From an uncultured delta proteobacterium (GTDB lineage: Bacteria; Myxococcota_A; Polyangia; Palsa-1104), in NCBI GenBank assembly GCA_963785725.1, contig CAWAWS010000002.1, forward strand, positions 256,001 through 320,000: 64,000 nucleotides of DNA, in the 5' to 3' direction. The notes under the pieces are model-generated. The model was not told the DNA's origin. It searched no databases and was given only the letters and a program-made list of their open reading frames with translations. The stretch's first letter is position 1. Each line of letters starts with the position of its first letter. This document shows, piece by piece, positions 57,660 through 64,000 of this stretch. The position numbers and the translations under genes were made by a program.

Positions 57660-59695
57660 TGCTCCTTGGTGTCCGGTTGCTGCGCGGAAGGCTTGCCGTC
57701 AGACGACTTGCCGTCATTGGGAGTTTCAGGCGCTTCGGGCTTCGCGTCCTCGAGGATGTGGAACTCGACGCGGCGATTGGCTTCGCGGCCCGCTTTGGTC
57801 TTGTTGTCGGCGATCGGCATCGTCGGGCCGTAACCGCCGGCGATCATGCGCGCGGGCTCGACGCCCTTCTTGATGAGGTAGAGCCGCACCGACTCGGCGC
57901 GCTCCTTCGACAGCTGGATGTTGTGCTCCATGTCGCCTTGCGAATCGGTGTGGCCCTGCACCTCGACCTTGAGCTCGGAGTGGCCGCGCAAGAGCTGCGC
58001 AACCTGATCGAGCAGCCCGAAGCTGACCGGCTGAATCGTCGCCTTGTTGGTGTCGAAGAAGACCTTGTCCAAGATGACGATCTGCTTCTTGGCGACGTCG
58101 AGCTTCACCTTCGCCGGCGGGCCGGAGTCGGGGCAGCCGTCCTCGTCCTGGAACCCGTTGATGGTCTCGGGCTCGTTCGGGCACTTGTCGTCCTTGTCGA
58201 GGACGCCGTCCTTGTCGTTGTCGGGATCGGGGCAGCCGTCGTCGTCCTGGAATCCGTCCATGTCCTCGGGCGCGTTCGGGCATTGGTCGAAGCTGTCCGG
58301 GATCCCGTCGTTGTCGTTGTCGGGATCGGGGCAGCCGTCGTCGTCCTGGAATCCGTCCTTGTCCTCGGGATCGTTGGGGCACTTGTCGATGGCGTCGGGG
58401 ATGCCGTCGCCGTCGGAGTCGGTCTTGGTCGCCGGGCAGCCGTCGTTGGGCTTGGGCGGCTTGTGATCTTCGGGATCGTTCGGGCAGGCGTCGTGCAAGT
58501 CGTCGATGCCGTCGTTGTCGTTGTCGGGCTCGGGGCAGCCGTCCTCGTCCTGGAAGTGGTCGAAGTCCTCCGGCTGATTCGGGCACTTGTCGTTGACGTC
58601 GGGGATGGTGTCGCGATCGTTGTCGGGATCGGGGCAGCCGTCCTTGTCCTCGAAGCCGTCTTTGTCTTCCGGCTCGTCGGGGCACTGGTCGACGCTGTCG
58701 GGCACGCCGTCGTGATCGCGATCGAGGAAGCTCGGCGACCACACGAAGCCCATGAACACGCGCGGCGACGACGAGCCCAAGCCGGCGACGATGCCCGAGC
58801 CGACGCCGACGTTGAGCGACAGGCCGTAGATGATGGTGATCTTGCCGGCGACGTCGAACTCGAGCGGGTTGGCGTTCACCTTGCTCGAGAAGTCGTGGTC
58901 GCCGTAGATCTCGGCGAGCAGCGTGAAGCGCGAGCGCACGACGTCGTAGGCGAAGGCGCCGCCGTAGCTCAGCGCCACCGGGCCCACCGTCGTCGAGAAG
59001 AAGTGCGACGTATGCGCGTACCACTGCACGCCGAAGAAGACGCCGGCGCGCCAGCGATCGCCTTCCCAGCCGCCGAGCAGTCGGCCCTCGCCGGCGAAGC
59101 CCGAGAAGTGGTCCTGCCCGCCGAACTCTTTGTCGTTGCCGATGGGGATGCTGAGCCAATGCGACAGCGACAGCTCGAAGCCGCGCTCTTTGCCGTACAG
59201 GCGCGCCTTCAAGTGGATGCGCGGATCGCCGAGCGCGAAGCCCGACGGCGCCGCGACGTGCGTGCCGCCCGGCGGCGGGTTGGTGTCGTTGAAGCTCTGG
59301 CCCGCTTGATACAGCGTCATCGGCCAGGCGAGGGCTATTTGAAAGCGATCCCAGAGCCCGATCGCCGCCCAGATGTCCATCGACAGCGCGTGCTCGAGCA
59401 GCTGCGCGCGCGCCGCTGTCTCCTTCTGCGTCGTCGGGTTGTAGCCAAAGATCGAGAACTCGTCGTGCGCGTAGTCGAAGAAAAGACCGAGCCCGTACGA
59501 TTTATGCCGTAACGGAATCGCCGGCTCGACGGTGATGAACTCGTCGGGGCCGGGCGCTGGATGAAAGAGCTGCGGATTGAACGAGCGATCTTGGGGTGCC
59601 ACCGTTTGCGCGCGCACCACCGCCGGCAACGACGCCAGCATCGTGGAGGTCACGCACAGCAGCAGGGCCGCCCCTCTCGGCCGCAGACTCGACAT
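57656..59695 (-). CDS. TraB-like outer-membrane protein: beta-barrel-like region + TSP3 repeats + OmpA domain
   Basis: Signal peptide, amphipathic beta region, six Asp/Cys repeats, FFDT, GHTD, LSKERA, NRRVEF. Confidence 0.9.
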   Translation of the reverse strand: MSSLRPRGAALLLCVTSTMLASLPAVVRAQTVAPQDRSFNPQLFHPAPGPDEFITVEPAIPLRHKSYGLGLFFDYAHDEFSIFGYNPTTQKETAARAQLLEHALSMDIWAAIGLWDRFQIALAWPMTLYQAGQSFNDTNPPPGGTHVAAPSGFALGDPRIHLKARLYGKERGFELSLSHWLSIPIGNDKEFGGQDHFSGFAGEGRLLGGWEGDRWRAGVFFGVQWYAHTSHFFSTTVGPVALSYGGAFAYDVVRSRFTLLAEIYGDHDFSSKVNANPLEFDVAGKITIIYGLSLNVGVGSGIVAGLGSSSPRVFMGFVWSPSFLDRDHDGVPDSVDQCPDEPEDKDGFEDKDGCPDPDNDRDTIPDVNDKCPNQPEDFDHFQDEDGCPEPDNDNDGIDDLHDACPNDPEDHKPPKPNDGCPATKTDSDGDGIPDAIDKCPNDPEDKDGFQDDDGCPDPDNDNDGIPDSFDQCPNAPEDMDGFQDDDGCPDPDNDKDGVLDKDDKCPNEPETINGFQDEDGCPDSGPPAKVKLDVAKKQIVILDKVFFDTNKATIQPVSFGLLDQVAQLLRGHSELKVEVQGHTDSQGDMEHNIQLSKERAESVRLYLIKKGVEPARMIAGGYGPTMPIADNKTKAGREANRRVEFHILEDAKPEAPETPNDGKSSDGKPSAQQPDTKEQ
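58128..58725 (-). repeat. Six ~99-bp coding tandem repeats (thrombospondin type 3-like)
   Basis: DxDxDGIxDxxDxCPxxPEDxDGFxDxDGCP units; GGGCAGCCGTC recurs at the DNA level. Confidence 0.88.
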
Positions 59696-59833
59696 GTGCT
59701 CGGCATCGTAAGCAGTTGTGATGATTCCTGTAAACAAGATTCGTACGCCTGATTACTGTAGAAACGCGAGCTTCTATTGGTGCGGCTCCGCACGGGACGG
59801 CGATCATGGGTAGCCTCTGTTACACTGCCGGCC

Positions 59834-61455
59834 GTGCCGAACTGCCCAACTTGCGGCGACCCGCTCGCCGACAACGCGCGCTTTTGCCCGAAGGACGGGA
59901 CGACCGTGCGTCCTGACACCGCGCCGATCTTCGAGCATCCGGAGGTGCTGCTGCAGGGCGTCACGACGACCACGACCGTGCAAGGCAAGGCGAGCGCCAG
60001 CGGAAAACGCGAAGCGCCGCCCGATCCGCTGCCGGGCGCGATCTTGGACGGCCGCTATCACGTCCGGCAGCGGCTCGGCCAAGGCGGCGTGGGCGCGGTC
60101 TACGAAGGCGAGCACGTCGAGACCCATCGCCACGTCGCCATCAAAGTCCTGCACGCCGTCTTCGCGGGCACGGGCGAGTTCCACAAGCGGTTCGAGCGCG
60201 AGGCGCGGGCGGCGTCGAAGCTGAGCCATCCGGCGTGCGTCAGCGTCATCGACTACGGGCGCATCGAGCGCGTCGAGCCGGTGCACGTGGGCCAAAAGCT
60301 CCTCGGCGTGCCCTACCTCGTCATGGAGCTGGTGCGCGGACACTCGCTGGCGGAGCGGCTGACGCAGACGATGACGGCGCCCGAAGCGGTCGGTGATCGC
60401 GCGCGGCGTGGCCTCGGCGCTCAAGCACGCGCACGGGCTCGGCATCATCCATCGCGACATCAAGCCGGCGAACGTCATGCTCGTCGACGGCAGCGGCACC
60501 GGCTTCGTCGTCAAGCTGCTCGACTTCGGGCTCGCCAAAGTGGCCGACGACGGCGATCATGAGCAGCTGACGCAGGCGGGCACGGTGTTCGGCACGCCCG
60601 GCTATCTCAGCCCGGAGCAAGCGGGCGGCCTGCCCGCCGACGCGCGCAGCGACCTGTACGCGCTCGGCATCATGCTCTTCGAGCTCGTCGCCGGGCGGCG
60701 GCCGTTCGTGCGCAAAGATCCGATCGAGGTCGTCAAAGATCATCTGCACACGCCGCCGCCGTCGCCGCGGAGCTTGGGCGCGCCGATCTCGGATGAGCTC
60801 GAGGCGGTGATCTTGCGCGCGCTCGCCAAGGAGCCGGACAAGCGCTGGCAGACGGCCGACGACTTCTCGCGCGCGCTCGCCAATACGCCGGAGGGTGGCC
60901 ATCCGGCACCGCAGCATGCGCAGCCGGTGCCGACGCACGTTCCCGTCGAGCGCTCGGCGACGATGCGCGTCAAGGCCTTGTGGCAGCGGGTGCCGCGCAA
61001 TCGGCAGGCGCTCGTGCTCGGCGGCGTCGTGCTGGCGGTGATCTTGACGATGACCGTCGTCGTCGTGTCGGCGGCGCGCAAGCACGATCCGGCGCGGCTG
61101 ACGACGCTGCCGGCGCCGCCGGTGCAGGCGATGCCGCTTCATCCCCGAAGACGCGCTCCGCCACCTACAACAAGCGGTCGGCTATCAGCGGCGGCTGTGG
61201 TGCTCGAACGCGCTCGAGGAGCTGGAAGCGGCGCTGCGCGAGGCGCCGGCGCTCGGCTCCGACGTGACGCTGCAGCATACGGCGATCGCCTGCTTGACAC
61301 CGAAGACGCGCGACAAGGCGCTGCGCTTCGTCGTCGAGCGGCTGGGCGAGGCGGCGCGACCGGCGCTGGAGACCGCCGCCACCGACGCCAACCCCGACGT
61401 CAGGCGCGGCGCGAAGTTGGCGCTCGATCGGATGACCGGACGTTTACCGCAATAA
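59834..61455 (+). CDS. Ser/Thr protein kinase with N-terminal zinc ribbon, TM and helical C-terminus (frameshifts near 60392 and 61139)
   Basis: CPTC...FCPKDG, LGQGGVG, VAIK; second frame HRDIKPAN, DFG, GTPGYLSPE; third frame IPEDALRHLQQA...ALDRMTGRLPQ*. Confidence 0.85.
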
Positions 61456-61479
61456 TCGGCTTAGGTACAATTGACGACG

Positions 61480-62217
61480 ATGCACCGCATCCTGCTCTAC
61501 AAAACCGGAGAGACCGATCCGGCGCTCTTGCCGCAGATCGGAGATTACGAGCGCTGGTTCGCGCGCGTGCTCGGGTCGTCGCACACGCTGGAGATTCACC
61601 GCGCGTTCGACAAGCCGAAGCACACGATCGACGGCTACGACGGCATGGTCATCACGGGCTCGCCCCGCTCGCTCGTCAACCCCGAGCCGTGGATGGACGA
61701 CGCGGCCGAGTTCATCCGCTCGGCCGCTGACGCCGGCGTGCCGGTGCTCGGCGTCTGCTTCGGCCATCAGCTCATCGGTTACACCTACGGCGGACGCGTG
61801 CGGCAGAACCCGAACGGCTGGGAAGTCGGCACCGTCGACGTCGCGCTCACCGACGAAGGCGCGCGCGATCCGCTGTTCGCCGGCGTGCCGGCGGCGCTGC
61901 GCGTGAATCAGTCGCACCAGGACGAAGTCGCGACGCTGGGGCCGACGACGACGCTGTTGGCGGCCAGCGCGCACACGGCGACGCAGGCGATCGCCGTCGG
62001 CGAGCACGTGCGCGGCGTGCAGTTTCATCCGGAGATGGACGCGCTCGTCATCCAGCGCATCGTCGAGCATCGGCGGCGCATCCTGCTCGACGACGCGCGG
62101 CGCCGCTGCCGCGACGGCTTCTGCGTCGATCGCGTCATCGCCGGCGCCGGCGATTGCCCCGACGGCGAGCGCGTGCTCGTCAACTTCGTCGAGCACTTCG
62201 TGCGGCAAGCCGCCTGA
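61480..62217 (+). CDS. Class I glutamine amidotransferase
   Basis: ITGS, LGVCFGHQ, SHQD, GVQFHPE. Confidence 0.93.
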   Translation: MHRILLYKTGETDPALLPQIGDYERWFARVLGSSHTLEIHRAFDKPKHTIDGYDGMVITGSPRSLVNPEPWMDDAAEFIRSAADAGVPVLGVCFGHQLIGYTYGGRVRQNPNGWEVGTVDVALTDEGARDPLFAGVPAALRVNQSHQDEVATLGPTTTLLAASAHTATQAIAVGEHVRGVQFHPEMDALVIQRIVEHRRRILLDDARRRCRDGFCVDRVIAGAGDCPDGERVLVNFVEHFVRQAA

Positions 62218-62238
62218 ACCGCGGCTGCGCGCCGGCTT

Positions 62239-63033
62239 TTAGCGCGGCAGGCGCAGCCAGACGTCGAAGCCGAGCTCGGCGTGGAAGCCGAGCTTGCGAT
62301 ACATGTCCTTCGGCGAATCGTCGGCGCGCGCGATCAAGTAGACGAGGTCGGCGCCAGCGGCGCGAGCGCGCTCGACCGAGTCGATGACGAGCGTGCGGCC
62401 GACGCCGCGCCGCCGCGCCTCGGGCAGCGTGCCCACCGAAAACACGCTGGCGACGCCGCGATGCATGGCGAGCCCGACGGTGCCGACGGTGCGGCCGTCG
62501 CGGTCGGCCACGAACACGTCGAGCGCCCCACGCTCGCTCTTGGCGCGCATCGAGCCCACGATCTCCATCGAAACCGACGGCGCGTACCACGCTTCCTCGC
62601 GGTTCATGCGGTCCATCGCGAACGCGAACGCGTCCCACGGCGCCTCTTGCGGCACCTTGCGCAGCCGCACGCCCGGCGCCTTGGCGCGCAAGAGCGGCCC
62701 CGACAGCATCATCGCCAGCAGGCGATCGCGCACGAAGCCGCGCCGGCGCAGCGACGGAGCCAGCGCATCGGGCACGTCGGCGCCGTCGAGCGTCAGCTGC
62801 AGATGGCGCGCACCGACGGCGCGCAGCGGCACCGCCAGCGACTCCAAGTCCTCGTCGAGCGTCTCTTCGCGCAAGCGCGCTCGCCGCACCAAATTCGCGT
62901 CGTAGACGTGCGGGAACGCCGCCTGCCGAATCACGCGCCCCGCCGGCAGCGCGAGGACCTCGGCGCCCGCTTCGGCGAGCGCGTCCTCGGCCGCGCAGAT
63001 GCGGTCGACGACGGATGAAGATCGGGCCAGCAC
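62239..63033 (-). CDS. GNAT family N-acetyltransferase
   Basis: VGTLPEARRRGVG acetyl-CoA motif; YRKLGF. Confidence 0.88.
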   Translation of the reverse strand: MLARSSSVVDRICAAEDALAEAGAEVLALPAGRVIRQAAFPHVYDANLVRRARLREETLDEDLESLAVPLRAVGARHLQLTLDGADVPDALAPSLRRRGFVRDRLLAMMLSGPLLRAKAPGVRLRKVPQEAPWDAFAFAMDRMNREEAWYAPSVSMEIVGSMRAKSERGALDVFVADRDGRTVGTVGLAMHRGVASVFSVGTLPEARRRGVGRTLVIDSVERARAAGADLVYLIARADDSPKDMYRKLGFHAELGFDVWLRLPR

Positions 63034-63168
63034 AGGCGAATATTCGGTGCCCGCCGTCCCGTCGTCAAGTGTACTCCTGTCGACGGTGACCTACAGGCAA
63101 CACCGGACTGTGGCCGGCCGGCGACAGATTCTGGCGGCCGAACGCACCGTAATCACTCGCTCGCTCGG

Positions 63169-63184
63169 TGGCATAGCGGCTGCT
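63169..63184 (+). promoter_or_regulatory. Sigma54 (-24/-12) promoter candidate
   Basis: TGGCATAGCGGCTGCT with GG-N10-GC spacing, 14 nt before ATG 63199. Confidence 0.55.
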
Positions 63185-63198
63185 CTGTCGTCGCCGCA

Positions 63199-64000
63199 AT
63201 GAAGCACGCCACCCTCGTTACGCTCGTTGCTTTGTCGTCGGCGCCCGCGTTCGCGCAGTCGGTGTGGGTCGCGCCCTCGACGACGAAGGTTCGCCCCACG
63301 ACCGCGTCGGGCACGGCCACGAGCATCGCGCTCGAGGCCGCCGGCAACGAGTTCGAGGCCTTCCACGTCGTCGTCAACGGCGGCGGCGCCGGCGCCAAAG
63401 CCGTCACCGTCAGCGCCGACGCGCTCAGCGACGGCAACGGCAACACCATCTCCGACGTGCGCGTCTACCGCGAGGCTTGGTACAACGTCGCCACCGCCTC
63501 CAACATCCAAGGCGCGACCGGCAACTGGCCCGACGCGCTCATCCCCGCCGTCGACGAGATCGACAATCAGCCGCGCAACGCCTTCCCCTACGACGTGCCG
63601 GCCAATCAGCAGCAGCCGATGTTCATCGAGTATCACGTGCCGGCGAGCGCGCCGGCCGGCTGGTACGCGGGCGCGGTCCACGTCACCGGCGGCGTCACCG
63701 TCGATGTCCCCGTCAAGATCTACGTGCACGCCTTCTCGTTGCCGTCGACGGCCAGCATCCGCACCGCCTTCGGCATCGGCTGGGACGACCCGTGCATCGC
63801 GCACTACGGCAGCTATGCGGCCTGCGGCGGCGACGCCGGCACGCAGGCCATGCTCAACAAGTACGCGCGCTTCGCCCTCGACCATCGCGTCTCGTTGACC
63901 GACGTCGTCTACACCGGCCCCGCCGCCAACAGCGACGGCACCTACGACTGGGCCACGTGGGACGCCACCTACGCCGACATGCTCAACGGCGGCATGGGCG
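63199..64000 (+). CDS. Secreted DUF4091/GH123-like glycoside hydrolase (runs off window; not in ORF track)
   Basis: MKHATLVTLVALSSAPAFA signal; KVRP, AAGNEFEAFHVVV, WPDALIP, VPASAPAGWY, FSLPS; frame open to window end. Confidence 0.75.
   Translation, partial: MKHATLVTLVALSSAPAFAQSVWVAPSTTKVRPTTASGTATSIALEAAGNEFEAFHVVVNGGGAGAKAVTVSADALSDGNGNTISDVRVYREAWYNVATASNIQGATGNWPDALIPAVDEIDNQPRNAFPYDVPANQQQPMFIEYHVPASAPAGWYAGAVHVTGGVTVDVPVKIYVHAFSLPSTASIRTAFGIGWDDPCIAHYGSYAACGGDAGTQAMLNKYARFALDHRVSLTDVVYTGPAANSDGTYDWATWDATYADMLNGGMG

Noticed and set aside
58128..58725. CRISPR-like periodic repeats
   Set aside because: In-frame coding TSP3 repeats without unique spacers; no cas genes
50455..59512. Very long plus-strand ORFs (1053, 1406 and 617 aa)
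   Set aside because: Antisense shadows of the minus-strand genes caused by GC-rich codon bias; no motifs
400..61145. Frameshifted genes as pseudogenes or programmed frameshifts (~410, 12540, 21905, 26541, 60392, 61139)
   Set aside because: Each is a single-base indel in an otherwise intact gene, with no slippery heptamer or further decay; assembly error is more likely (needs read check)

Overview
Gene-dense, very GC-rich bacterial chromosome segment, most likely from Myxococcota. The evidence is a MYXO-CTERM sorting signal, a TIGR02266-type PilZ-like protein, an AgmX/PglI-like C-terminal domain and PEGA-bearing Ser/Thr kinases. It holds about 60 CDS: purM-purN, a FadF-like Fe-S oxidoreductase, two GMC oxidoreductase modules, slyD, ppk2, a YyaL-like protein, RluA, an ABC-2 exporter and a split heme-copper oxidase cluster. 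No rRNA, tRNA, CRISPR array, transposase or integrase was recognised. Six single-base frameshifts look like assembly errors. Most notable: (1) a translationally coupled three-gene surface operon (TraB-like OmpA/TSP3 protein, a vWA + Cys-rich + MYXO-CTERM protein, and a Cys-rich lipoprotein with an FGE/C-type-lectin-fold tip) that resembles a TraAB-type contact system with a different recognition head; (2) an A-family oxidase subunit I that keeps the D-channel but appears to have lost the K-channel residues, next to a CoxIII-diheme cytochrome c fusion and an unannotated CxxC membrane microprotein; (3) TANNNT boxes 6-8 nt before many start codons, suggesting widespread leaderless mRNAs; (4) a decayed polysaccharide islet containing a GT2 fragment. 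All family assignments come from motif recognition by eye; no searches were run.
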